Shown here one piece after another: positions 36,388 through 48,603 of a stretch of DNA of 64,000 nt. Every line of letters begins with the position of its first letter. Positions within the stretch are counted from its first letter, which is position 1. The stretch comes from Squalus acanthias (Eukaryota). The stretch is taken from positions 1,612,001 through 1,676,000 of the forward strand of contig JASTWF010000034.1 in assembly GCA_030390025.1 (NCBI GenBank), in the 5' to 3' direction. Made by a program: the position numbers and the translations under genes. The notes under the pieces are model-generated. The model was given only the letters and a program-made list of their open reading frames with translations, was not told where the DNA came from and searched no databases.

Positions 36388-36600
36388 GCCTACCAGGTCG
36401 CTGCCGCCTTTTATGGCCGCCGCCTCGCCGCTGTCGCTCCACCCAGGTCCGCCGCCTATGTGGGCCTTCCTGGTTGCTGTCGCCTTTTATGGCCGCCGCT
36501 GTCGCTCCACCCAGGTTCGTCGCCTCTGTGGGCCTACCTGGTCGCTGCCGCCTTTTATGGCCGCCGCCGCGCCGCTGTCGCTCAACCCAGGTCCGCCGCC
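36388..36600. repeat. GC-rich ~68-76-bp repeat, 3 copies
   Basis: GCCTTTTATGGCCGCCGC..GCTGTCGCTC.ACCCAGGT occurs three times. Confidence 0.9.
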
Positions 36601-39600
36601 CCTTCGAGCCTGCTCCGGCATTCAATATGATCATGGCTGATCCTCTATCTCAATACCATATTCCTACTCTCTCCCCATACCCCTTGACGCTTTTCATGAC
36701 TAGAAATCTATCTGTCTCCTTCTTAAATATATTCAGTGACTTGGCCTCCACAGACTTCTGTGGTAGAGAATTCCACAGGTTCACCACCCTCTGAGTTTAG
36801 ACATTTGTGCTCATCTCAGTCCTAAATGTCCTACCCCGTACCCTGAGACTGTGACCCCTCATTCTATAACCCCAGCCAGGGGAAACATCTTCCCTGCACC
36901 CAGTCTGTCTAGCCCTGTCAGAATTGTATACGTTTCAATGAGATCCCCTCTCATTCTTCTAAACTGTAGGGAATACAGGCCTTGTCGACCCAATCTCTCC
37001 TCATACGACAGTCCTGCCATCCCAGGAATCATTCTGGTGAACATGCGCTGCACTCCCTCTATGGAAAGTATATCATTTATTAGGTAAGGAGACCAAAACT
37101 GCACACAGTACTCCAGGTGTGGTCTCACCAAGGCCCTGTATAACTGTAGTAAGACATCTTTGCTCCTGTACTAAAATCCTCTTGCAATGAAGGCCAACAT
37201 TCCATTTGCCTTCCTAACTGCTTGCTGCACCTTCATCTTTGCTTTCAGTGACTGGTGTACAAGGAAACCCAGGACCCTCGGTACATCAATATTTCCCAAT
37301 CTATCACTATTTAAATGATACTCTGCCTTTCTGTTTTTCCTACCAAAGTTGATACATTCACATTTATCCACGTTGTACCGCGTCTGCCATGTATTTTCCC
37401 ACTCACTCAACATGTCTAAATCGCCTTGAAGCCTCTTTGCATTCTCCTCACAACCCCACCTAGTTTCCTGTCGTCAGCAAACTTGGAAATATTACATTTG
37501 GTTCCCTCATCCAAATCATTGATATATACTGTGAATAGCTGGGGCCCAAGCACTGATCCCTGCGGTACCCCACTAGTCACCGCCTGCCACCCCGAAAAAG
37601 ACCCATTTATTCTTACTCTGTTTCCTGTCTATAAACCAAATTTCAATCCATGCCAGTATATTACCATCAAGCCCATGTGCTTTAATTTTGTACACTAACC
37701 CCTTATGTGGGACTTTAATCACAGGCTTTCTGAAAATCCAAATACACCACATCCACTGGTTCTCCCTTATCTATTCTACCAGTTGCATCCTCAAAAACTC
37801 CAGTATGTTTGTCAAACACGATTTCCCTTTCATAAATCCATGTTGACTTTGTCTAATCCCGTTGATATTTTGTAAGTCTCCTGTTATCACATCCTTTATA
37901 ATAGACTCCAGCATTTTCCCTGCTACTGATGTTAGGCTAACAGGTCGGTAGTTCCCTGTTTTCTCTCTCCTTCCTTTTTTAAATAGTGGTGTTACATTTG
38001 TCACCCTCTAATCTGCAGGAACTGTTCCATAATCTATAGAATTTTGGAAGATGACAACCAATGCATCCACTATTTCCATGGCTACCTCTTTTAGTACTCT
38101 GGGATGCAGATTATCAGGCCCTGGGGATTTATCAGCTTTCAGTCCCATTTATTTCTCCAGCAGTATTTTTATACTAATACTAATTTCTTTCAATTCCTCC
38201 TTCTCACTAGACCCTTGGTTCCTTAACATCTCTGGGAAGTTATTTGTGTCCTCTTCCGTGAAGACAGAACCAAAGTATTTGTTTAATTGCTCAGCCATTT
38301 CCTTGTTCCCCATTATAAATTCTCCCGTTTCTGACTGTAAGGGACCTACAATTATCTTAACTAATCTTTTACTTTTTACACACTTGTAGAAGATTTTGCA
38401 ATCCGCTTTTATGTTCCTTGCAAGTTTACTCTCATATTCTTTTTCCCCTCTTAATCAATCTCTTGGCCCTTTTTTGCTGAACTCTAAACTGCTCCCAATC
38501 CTCAGGCTTGCTACTTTTACTGGAAACTTTATATGACCCATCTTTGGATCTAATACTGTCCTTAATTTTTTTTGTTAGCCATGGTTGGGCTGCTTTTCCT
38601 TTTGCGCCAGAAAGGAATATATAACTGTTGCAATTCATGCATTCGTTCCTTAAATGTTAGCCATTGCCTATCGACCGTCATGCCTTTTAATGAGGCTCCC
38701 CGATCTATCATAGCCAACTCACTCCTCATACCTTCGTTGCTTCCTTTGTTTAGATTTAGGACCCTAGTTTCGGATTGATTTCTTCACTTTCCATTTTAAT
38801 GAAGAATTCTATCATGTTATGGTCACTCTTCCCTGAAGGACCCCGCACAAAAGATTATTAATTACCCCCTTCCCATTGCACAATACCCAATCTAGGATAG
38901 CCTGTTCCCGAGTTGGCTCCTCAACGGACTGGTCTAAAAAAACATCTCGTACACACTCCAGGAATTCATCCTCCACAGTATTATTGTTAATTTGGTTGGG
39001 CCAGTCTATATGTAGATTAAAGTCACCCATGATTACTGTAGTACCCTTGTTACATGAATCTCTAATTTCCTGCTGGATGCCATCCCCTACATTACCACTA
39101 CTGTTTGGAGGCCTATAGGCAGCTCACAAATGTTTTCTGCCCCTTGGTGCTTCTTGGCTCCACCCAGACTGATTCTACATCTTGATTTTCTGAGCCAGTA
39201 TCCTTTCTCAGTATTGCTCCGATGTCATCCTTTACTAACAACACCACTGCACCTCCTTTTCCTTTTTGCCTGTCCTTCCTAAATATCGAATATACTTGGA
39301 TATTTAGCTCCCAGCCTTGGTCACACTGCAGCCATGTCTCCGCAATCGCAATTATATCGTATCCGTTTACATCTATCTGCACTGTTAATTCGTCTACCTT
39401 ATTATGAATGCTTCATGCATTCAGATACAGTGCCTTTAGATCTGTCTTTTTAACAGTTTTAGACATCGTAACATTTTTTTGTACTATGGGCCTATTTTTC
39501 TTAATACCATTTGTTGGTGCACTCCTTTGTTTGTGCGCTCTGTCCCTTCCTGACACACTCTGGTTATCCTTACCCCAATCACTTTCCTGCACTGCTTCCT

Positions 39601-40475
39601 TGCATGCTCTCTTTAGCATTCTAGATTTCTCTCCACCGGGACCCTCCCTCCCTTATTTAGTTTAAAGCCCTATCTACCTCCCTCGTTATTCGATTCGCTA
39701 GAGCTCTGGTCCCAGCATGGTTCAGGTGCAGTCCGTCCCAACGTAACAGCTCTCTATTTCCCCAGTACTGGTGCCAGTGCCCCACGAATCAAACCCCACT
39801 TCTCCCACACCAATCTTTGAGCCTCGCATTCATCTCCCTGATCCGATTGACTCTATGCCAATTTGCTCGTGGCTTCGGTAATAACCCAGAGATTATGGCC
39901 TTTGTCGTTCTGCTTTTTAATTTAGTCCCTAGCTGCTCAAACTCTCAGCAGAATCTCTTTCTTTGTCCTTCCTATGTCATTCGCACCTACGTGGACCACG
40001 GCAACTGGATCCTCCCCCTCCCACTCCAAGTTCTTCTCCAGCCCGGAGGAGATGTCCATTACGTGGGCACCGGGTAGGCAACAGATCCTGGCTGCAGAGA
40101 ACAGTGGCACCGGGATTAATCCTAACTATACTGTCGCCTACTACAAACACCTTCCTTTTTACTCCCTCCACTTGAACGGCTTCCTGTACCACGGTCCCGT
40201 GGTCAGTTTGTTTGTCCTCCCCACAGTCCCCGCACATGTCCACAAGGGTTGCAAGAACCTTGAATCTATTGGACAAGTGCAGGGACTGTGGCTCCTGCAA
40301 TACTACGTCCAGATCCCCGGACCTGCCTCACTCGCACTCACACCCTCCTGTCCCAGACCACTTCTCAATTCTAAAGTATTTAATCTAAGGGGTGTGGCTG
40401 CCTCCTGGAGGAAAAGGTCCAGGTAACTTTATCCCTCCCTGATGTCTCGCAATGTCTGCAGCTCGGACTCCAGCT
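36601..40475 (-). mobile_element. CR1 element B: partial ORF1 plus ORF2; its terminal ~37 nt lie at 31178-31214
   Basis: ORF remnants LSNRF..VVGDSIVR, LKALYLNA, IAETW, GDFNL, NYRPVSLTS and RMRGDLIETY. Confidence 0.92.
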
Positions 40476-41140
40476 CCTCCTCTTATAACTTCTTGTATTC
40501 TCTCGTCGTTCAACCTCCGCTAATACCTTACTATTTCTTACTTTAATGCTCTCTGCCTTTCACAATCCTTTGAGCACTTTATTTCCCCTTTCTTATGTTA
40601 CATCCTGGTACCCGTTGACCTGCCAAATAAGTTTATGCCCTCCCGAACAGCACTAACAAACACGCCTCCACTCTCGCCTTCCCCGCGAGGCCATTGGTTC
40701 CGACTCTGTTGGGGTGCAAACCCATCCGGCCTGTACAGGTCCCTCCTTCCGAAGAACCGGTCCCAATGGCCCAGGAACCTGAAGCCCTCCCTCCTGCACC
40801 ATCTCTCCAGCCACACATTCATCTGCTCTATCCGCTTATTTCTACCCTCACGAGCTCGATGCACCGGGATTAATCCGGAGATTAGTACCTTTCAGGTCCT
40901 GCTTTTTAATCTCTTTCCCTATAATCTGCCTGCAGGATCACATCCCTCTTTCTACCTATGTCAATGATACCGATATGGACCACGACTTCAGTATGTTCAC
41001 GCTCCCCCCTCAGAATGTCCTTCAGCCGCTCAGTGATATCCTTGTCCCTGGCACCAGGGAGGCAACATACCATCCTGGGGTCACGTCAGCGGCCGGAGAA
41101 ACACCAGACTGTTCCCCGAACGATCGAGTCCTTCGGCACC
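40476..41140 (-). mobile_element. CR1 ORF1 esterase and ORF1/ORF2 junction (probable 5' part of element A)
   Basis: WLERWCRREGFRFLGHWD; the junction is homologous to 8865-9028. Confidence 0.8.
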
Positions 41141-41255
41141 ACCCCCGTATCTGAGGAGGATAGGATTGCCCGCTCTTGCTCTCCCTCCCGGGCTTTCATT
41201 TCCTCTTGGGGACCCAGGTTTTTGTGACCTCAGCTTCTCTTCTTCCTGTTGGGTT

Positions 41256-41515
41256 GTGACCTCATCCAACATGGCCAGCACAGACAGGAAGTGACCACTT
41301 TCAACAAGCCAACACAGACAATAAGTGACCTCATCCAACATGTCCGTCACAGACTGGAAGTGACCCAATCCAACATGGCCACCACAGACAGTAAGTGACC
41401 TCATCCAACATGACCGCCACAGACTGGAAGTGACCTCAACCAAGAGGGCCACCACAGTCAGGATATGACCTCATCCAACATGGCCACAACAACCAGAAAG
41501 TGAATCATCAACAGC
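41256..41515. repeat. 35-bp minisatellite, about 7-8 diverged copies
   Basis: Unit GTGACCTCATCCAACATGGCCACCACAGACAGGAA; GTGAC at 41256, 41291, 41325, 41360, 41395 and 41430. Confidence 0.9.
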
Positions 41516-41589
41516 TGATCCTCCCAGACTGCACCCCTTCAAAATGGATGTGTGCGAATGAGTGAGTGAGATAGTGAATGTGAGAGTAG

Positions 41590-42130
41590 TCTCCTTACCC
41601 AAGGAAGGATATACTTGCCATAGAGGGAGCGCTACGAAGGTTCACGAGATTGATTCCAGGGATGGCGGGACTATCGTATGAGAAGAGATTGAATAAACTA
41701 GGCCTGTATTCTCTTGAAATTAGAAGAATGAGAGGGGATCTCATTGAAGCATACAAAATTATTACAGGGCTTGATAGGATGGATGCTGGGAGATTGCTTC
41801 CCTTGGCTGGGGTGACTAGAACCAGGGGCCACAGCCTCAAAATAAAGGGTAGGCCATTCAGGACCGAGATGAGAAGAAATTTCTTCACACAGAGGGTGGC
41901 GAATCTTTGGAATTCTCTACCCCAGAGGGCTGTGGAGGCTCAGTCATTGGGTATATTCAAAAAAGACGTCGATTGATTTCTGAATAGTAAGGGCATCAAG
42001 GGATATGGCGATGGGGCCGGTGAATGGAGTCGAGGCAGAAGATCAGCCATGATATCATTGAATGGCGGAGCAGGCTCGAAGGGCCAAATGGTCTACTCCT
42101 GCTCCTATTTCTTATGTTCTTTTGTTCTTC
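41590..42130 (+). mobile_element. CR1 3' fragment inserted near the start of the GAGT repeat
   Basis: ORF 41650-41976 and a CR1 tail. GAGT/GAAT repeats lie on both sides (about 41546-41589 and from 42131). Confidence 0.93.
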
Positions 42131-45100
42131 TGTGAGTGAGTGAATGTGTGAGAGAGAGGGGGAATGTGTGAGAGAGTGAGTGAATGTGTGAGAGAGTGAG
42201 TGAATGTGTGAATGTGTGAGAGTGAGTGAATGTGTGAGAATGAGTGAATGTGTGAGAGAGCGAGTGAATGTGTGAGAGAGCGAGTGAATGTGTGAGAGAG
42301 CGAGTGAATGTGTGAGAGAGTGAGTGAATGTGTGAGAGAGTGAGTGAATGTGTGAGAGAGTGAGTGAATGTGTGAGAGAGTGAGTGATTGTGTGAGAGAG
42401 TGAGTGAATGTGTGAGAGAGTGAGGGAATGTGTGAGAGAGTGTGTGAGAGAGTGAGTGAATGTGTGAGAGAGTGAGTGAATGTGTGAGAGAGTGAGTGAA
42501 TGTGTGAGAGTGTGTGAGTGAATGTGTGAGAGTGTGGTGAATGTGTGAGAGAGTGAGTGAATGTGTGAGAGAGTGAGTGAATGTGTGAGAGAGTGGGTGA
42601 ATGTGTGAGAGAGTGGGTGAATGTGTGAGAGAGTGGGTGAATGTGTGAGAGAATGAGTGAATGTGTGAGAGAGTGAGTGAATGTTTGAGAGAGTGAGTGA
42701 ATGTGTGAGAGTGAGTGAGTGTGTGAGTGAGTGAGTGAGATTGAGTGAGTGAGTGAATGTGTGAGTGAGTGAATGTGTGAGAGAGTGGGTGAATGTGTGA
42801 GAGAGTGAGTGAATGTGTGAGAGTGGGTGAATGTGTGAGAGAGTGGGTGAATGTGTGAGAGTGAGTGAGTGTGAGAGAGAGTGAGTGAGTGAGTGAGATT
42901 GAGTGAGTTAGTGAATGTGTGAGTGTGAGTGAATGAGAGTGAGTGAGTGAATGAGAGTGAGTGAATGTGAGTGAGAGTGAATGAATGAGTGAGTGAATGT
43001 GTGAATGAGTGAGTGAGTGAATGTGTATGAGAGTCAGTGAATGTGTGTGAGAGTGAGTGAATGTGTGTGAGTGAGTGAGTGAATGTGTGAGAGTGAGTGA
43101 GTGAATGTGTGAGAGTGAGTGAGTGAATGCGTGAGAAAGTGAGTGAGTGAATGCGTGAGAGGGTGAGTGAGTGAATGTGTGAGAGGGTGAGTGAGTGAAT
43201 GTGAGAGAGTGAATGTGAGAGAGTGCGTGAGTGTGAGAGTGAGTGAGTGAATGTGTGAGAGTGAGTGAGTGAGAGTGAGTGAATGAGTGAGTGAATGTGT
43301 GAGAGTGAGTGAGTGAATGTGTGAGAGTGAGTGAGAGTGAGTGAGTGTGAGAGTGAGTGAGTGTGAGTGAGTGTGAGAGTGAGTGAGTGTGAGTGAGTGT
43401 GAGAGTGAGTGAGTGAGTGAATGTGTGTGAGAGTGAGTGAGTGAATGTGTGTGAGAGTGAGTGAGTGAATGTGTGTGAGAGTGAGTGAGTGAATGTGTGG
43501 GAGAGTGAATGAGTGAATGTGTGTGAGAGTGAGTGAGTGAATGTGTGTGAGAGTGAGTGAGTGAATGTGTGTGAGAGTGAGTGAGTGAATGTGTGTGTGA
43601 GTGAGTGAATGTGTGTGAGTGTGAGTGAGTGAATGTGTGTGAGTGTGAGTGAGTGAATGTGTGTGAGAGTGAGTGAATGTGTGTGAGAGTGAGTGAATGT
43701 GTGTGAGAGTAAGTGAGTATGTGTGAGAGAGTGAGTGAATGTGTGTGAGAGAGTGAGTGAATGTGTGAGTGAATGAGTGAATGTGTGAGTGAGTGAGTGA
43801 ATGTGTGAGAGTGAGTGAGTGAATGTGTGAGAGTGAGTGAGTGAATGTGTGAGAGGGAGTGAGTGAATGTGAGAGAGTGAGTGAGTGAATGTGAGAGTGA
43901 GTGAATGTGTGTGAGTGAGTGAATGAGAGTGAGTGAGTGAATGAGTGAGAGTGAGTGAATGAGTGAGTGAATGTGTGAATGAGTGAGTGAATGTGTGTGA
44001 GAGTGAGTGACTGAGTGAGTGAATGTGTGAATGAGTGAGTGAATGTGTGTGAGTGAGTGAGTGAGAGTGAGTGAGTGAATGAGAGTGAGTGAGTGAATGT
44101 GTGAATGAGTGAGTGAATGAGTGAGTGAATGTGTGAATGAGTGAGTGAATGTGTGTGAGTGAGTGAATGAGAGTGAGTGAGACAGAGAGAGAGTGAGTGA
44201 ATGAGTGAGTGAATGTGTGTGAGAGTGAGTGAAAGTGTGTGAGAGTGAGTGAATGTGTGTGAGAGTGAGTGAATGTGTGTGAGAATGAGTGAATGTGTGT
44301 GAGTGAGTGAGTGTGAGTGAGTGAATGAATACGTGAGAGGGTGAGTGAGTGAATGTGTGAGAGAGTGAGTGAATGTGTGAGAGTGAGTGAATGTGAGTGT
44401 GAGTGAATGAGTGAGTGAATTTGTGAATGAGTGAGTGAATGTGTGTGCGAGTGAGTGAGTGAATGTGTGAGAGTGAGTGAGTGAGAGTGAGTGAGTGAGT
44501 GAGAGTGAAAGAGTGAATGTGTGAGAGTGAGTGAGTGAATGTGTGAGAGTGAGTGTGTGTGTGAGAGAGTGAGTGAATGTGTGAGAGTGTGTGAGTGAAT
44601 GTGAGTGAGTGAGTGTGTGTGAGAGTGAGTGAGTGAATGTGTGTGTGAGTGAGTGAATGAGAGTGAGTGAGTGAATGTGTGTGAGTGAGTGAATGTGTGA
44701 GAGTGAGTGAGTGAATGTGTGAGAGTGAGTGAGTGAATGCGTGAGACAGTGAGTGAGTGAATGCGTGAGAGGGTGAGTGAGTGAATGTGAGAGAGTGAAT
44801 GTGAGAGAGTGCGTGAGTGTGAGAGTGAGTGAGTGAATGTGTGAGAGTGAGTGAGTGAGAGTGAGTGAATGAGTGAGTGAATGTGTGAGAGTGAGTGAGT
44901 GAATGTGTGAGAGTGAGTGAGAGTGAGTGAGTGTGAGAGTGAGTGAGTGTGAGAGAGTGTGAGTGAGTGTGAGAGTGAGTGAGTGTGAGTGAGTGTGAGA
45001 GTGAGTGAGTGAGTGAATGTGTGTGAGAGTGAGTGAGTGAATGTGTGTGAGAGTGAGTGAGTGAATGTGTGTGAGAGTGAGTGAGTGAATGTGTGGGAGA

Positions 45101-48100
45101 GTGAATGAGTGAATGTGTGTGAGAGTGAGTGAGTGAATGTGTGTGAGAGTGAGTGAGTGAATGTGTGTGAGAGTGAGTGAGTGAATGTGTGTGTGAGTGA
45201 GTGAATGTGTGTGAGTGTGAGTGAGTGAATGTGTGAGTGAATGAGTGAATGTGTGATTGAATGAGTGAATGTGTGAGTGAGTGAGTGAATGTGTGAGAGT
45301 GAGTGAGTGAATGTGTGAGAGTGAGTGAGTGAATGTGTGAGAGGGAGTGAGTGAATGTGAGAGAGTGAGTGAGTGAGTGAGTGAATGTGTGTGAGTGAGT
45401 GAATGAGAGTGAGTGAGTGAATGAGTGAGAGTGAGTGAATGAGTGAGTGAATGTGTGAATGAGTGAGTGAATGTGTGTGAGAGTGAGTGACTGAGTGAGT
45501 GAATGTGTGAATGAGTGAGTGAATGTGTGTGAGTGAGTGAATGAGAGTGAGTGAGTGAATGAGAGTGAGTGAGTGAATGTGTGAATGAGTGAGTGAATGA
45601 GTGAGTGAATGTGTGAATGAGTGAGTGAATGTGTGTGAGTGAGTGAATGAGAGTGAGTGAGTGAGAGAGAGAGTGAGTGAATGAGTGAGTGAATGTGTGT
45701 GAGAGTGAGTGAATGTGTGTGAGAGTGAGTGAATGTGTGTGAGAGTGAGTGAATGTGTGTGAGAATGAGTGAATGTGTGTGAGTGAGTGAGTGTGAGTGA
45801 GTGAATGAATACGTGAGAGGGTGAGTGAGTGAATGTGTGAGAGAGTGAGTGAATGTGTGAGAGTGAGTGAATGTGAGTGTGAGTGAATGAGTGAGTGAAT
45901 TTGTGAATGAGTGAGTGAATGTGTGTGCGAGTGAGTGAGTGAATGTGTGAGAGTGAGTGAGTGAGAGTGAGTGAGTGAGTGAGAGTGAAAGAGTGAATGT
46001 GTGAGAGTGAGTGAGTGAATGTGTGAGAGTGAGTGTGTGTGTGAGAGAGTGAGTGAATGTGTGAGAGTGTGTGAGTGAATGTGAGTGAGTGAGTGTGTGT
46101 GAGAGTGAGTGAGTGAATGTGTGTGTGAGTGAGTGAATGAGAGTGAGTGAGTGAATGTGTGTGAGTGAGTGAATGTGTGAGAGTGAGTGAGTGAATGTGT
46201 GAGAGTGAGTGAATGCGTGAGACAGTGAGTGAGTGAATGCGTGAGAGGTGAGTGAGTGAATGTGTGAGAGGGTGAGTGAGTGAATGTGAGAGAGTGAATG
46301 TGAGAGAGTGCGTGAGTGTGAGAGTGAGTGAGTGAATGTGTGAGAGTGAGTGAGTGAGAGTGAGTGAATGAGTGAGTGAATGTGTGAGAGTGAGTGAGTG
46401 AATGTGTGAGAGTGAGTGAGAGTGAGTGAGTGTGAGAGTGAGTGAGTGTGAGTGAGTGTGAGTGAGTGTGAGTGAGTGTGAGAGTGAGTGAGTGAGAGTG
46501 AGTGTGTGAGTGAGAGTGAGTGAGTGAATGTGTGAATGAGTGAGTGAATGAGTGAGTGAATGTGTGAATGAGTGAGTGAATGTGTGTGAGTGAGTGAATG
46601 AGAGTGAGTGAGTGAGAGAGAGAGTGAGTGAATGAGTGAGTGAATGTGTGTGAGAGTGAGTGAAAGTGTGTGAGAGTGAGTGAATGTGTGTGAGAGTGAG
46701 TGAATGTGTGTGAGAATGAGTGAATGTGTGTGAGTGAGTGAGTGTGAGTGAGTGAATGAATACGTGAGAGGGTGAGTGAGTGAATGTGTGAGAGAGTGAG
46801 TGAATGTGTGAGAGTGAGTGAATGTGAGTGTGAGTGAATGAGTGAGTGAATTTGTGAATGAGTGAGTGAATGTGTGTGCGAGTGAGTGAGTGAATGTGTG
46901 AGAGTGAGTGAGTGAGAGTGAGTGAGTGAGTGAGAGTGAAAGAGTGAATGTGTGAGAGTGAGTGAGTGAATGTGTGAGAGTGAGTGTGTGTGTGAGAGAG
47001 TGAGTGAATGTGTGAGAGTGTGTGAGTGAATGTGAGTGTGTGAGTGTGTGTGAGAGTGAGTGAGTGAATGTGTGTGTGAGTGAGTGAATGAGAGTGAGTG
47101 AGTGAATGTGTGTGAGTGAGTGAATGTGTGAGAGTGAGTGAGTGAATGTGTGAGAGTGAGTGAGTGAATGCGTGAGACAGTGAGTGAGTGAATGCGTGAG
47201 AGGGTGAGTGAGTGAATGTGTGAGAGGGTGAGTGAGTGAATGTGAGAGAGTGAATGAGAGAGAGTGCGTGAGTGTGAGAGTGAGTGAGTGAATGTGTGAG
47301 AGTGAGTGAGTGAGAGTGAGTGAGTGAGTGAGAGTGAAAGAGTGAATGTGTGAGAGTGAGTGAGTGAATGTGTGAGAGTGAGTGTGTGTGTGAGAGAGTG
47401 AGTGAATGTGTGAGAGTGTGTGAGTGAATGTGAGTGTGTGAGTGTGTGTGAGAGTGAGTGAGTGAATGTGTGTGTGAGTGAGTGAATGTGTGTGAGAGTG
47501 AGTGAATGTGTGTGAGAATGAGTGAATGTGTGTGAGTGAGTGAGTGTGAGTGAGTGAATGAATACGTGAGAGGGTGAGTGAGTGAATGTGTGAGAGAGTG
47601 AGTGAATGTGTGAGAGTGAGTGAATGTGAGTGTGAGTGAATGAGTGAGTGAATTTGTGAATGAGTGAGTGAATGTGTGTGCGAGTGAGTGAGTGAATGTG
47701 TGAGAGTGAGTGAGTGAGAGTGAGTGAGTGAGTGAGAGTGAAAGAGTGAATGTGTGAGAGTGAGTGAGTGAATGTGTGAGAGTGAGTGTGTGTGTGAGAG
47801 AGTGAGTGAATGTGTGAGAGTGTGTGAGTGAATGTGAGTGTGTGAGTGTGTGTGAGAGTGAGTGAGTGAATGTGTGTGTGAGTGAGTGAATGAGAGTGAG
47901 TGAGTGAATGTGTGTGAGTGAGTGAATGTGTGTGAGTGAGTGAGTGTGAGTGAGTGAATGAATACGTGAGAGGGTGAGTGAGTGAATGTGTGAGAGAGTG
48001 AGTGAATGTGTGAGAGTGAGTGAATGTGAGTGTGAGTGAATGAGTGAGTGAATTTGTGAATGAGTGAGTGAATGTGTGTGCGAGTGAGTGAGTGAATGTG

Positions 48101-48103
48101 TGA
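42131..48103. repeat. ~6-kb compound (GA/GT/GAGT/GAAT) microsatellite
   Basis: Almost C-free plus strand. Begins as a regular 20-mer GAGAGTGAGTGAATGTGTGA. Confidence 0.98.
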
Positions 48104-48603
48104 NNNNNNNNNNNNNNNNNNNNNNNNNNNNNNNNNNNNNNNNNNNNNNNNNNNNNNNNNNNNNNNNNNNNNNNNNNNNNNNNNNNNNNNNNNNNNNNNN
48201 NNNNNNNNNNNNNNNNNNNNNNNNNNNNNNNNNNNNNNNNNNNNNNNNNNNNNNNNNNNNNNNNNNNNNNNNNNNNNNNNNNNNNNNNNNNNNNNNNNNN
48301 NNNNNNNNNNNNNNNNNNNNNNNNNNNNNNNNNNNNNNNNNNNNNNNNNNNNNNNNNNNNNNNNNNNNNNNNNNNNNNNNNNNNNNNNNNNNNNNNNNNN
48401 NNNNNNNNNNNNNNNNNNNNNNNNNNNNNNNNNNNNNNNNNNNNNNNNNNNNNNNNNNNNNNNNNNNNNNNNNNNNNNNNNNNNNNNNNNNNNNNNNNNN
48501 NNNNNNNNNNNNNNNNNNNNNNNNNNNNNNNNNNNNNNNNNNNNNNNNNNNNNNNNNNNNNNNNNNNNNNNNNNNNNNNNNNNNNNNNNNNNNNNNNNNN
48601 NNN
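48104..48603. other. Assembly gap (500 N)
   Basis: Run of N. Confidence 1.

Larger units (their letters stand above)
31215..36600 (-). mobile_element. CR1 element C: full length (composite 5' UTR, ORF1, ORF2, 3' tail)
   Basis: ORF1 from ATG 35217 (MAGELRPVICSSC) to 34282, with esterase GDSIVR. ORF2 pieces 33953-34159, 33685-34029, 32906-33709 and 31306-32895 (529-aa RT part). Frameshifted. Confidence 0.95.

Noticed and set aside
42131..48103. Telomeric repeat
   Set aside because: No (TTAGGG)n; it is a GA/GT compound microsatellite.
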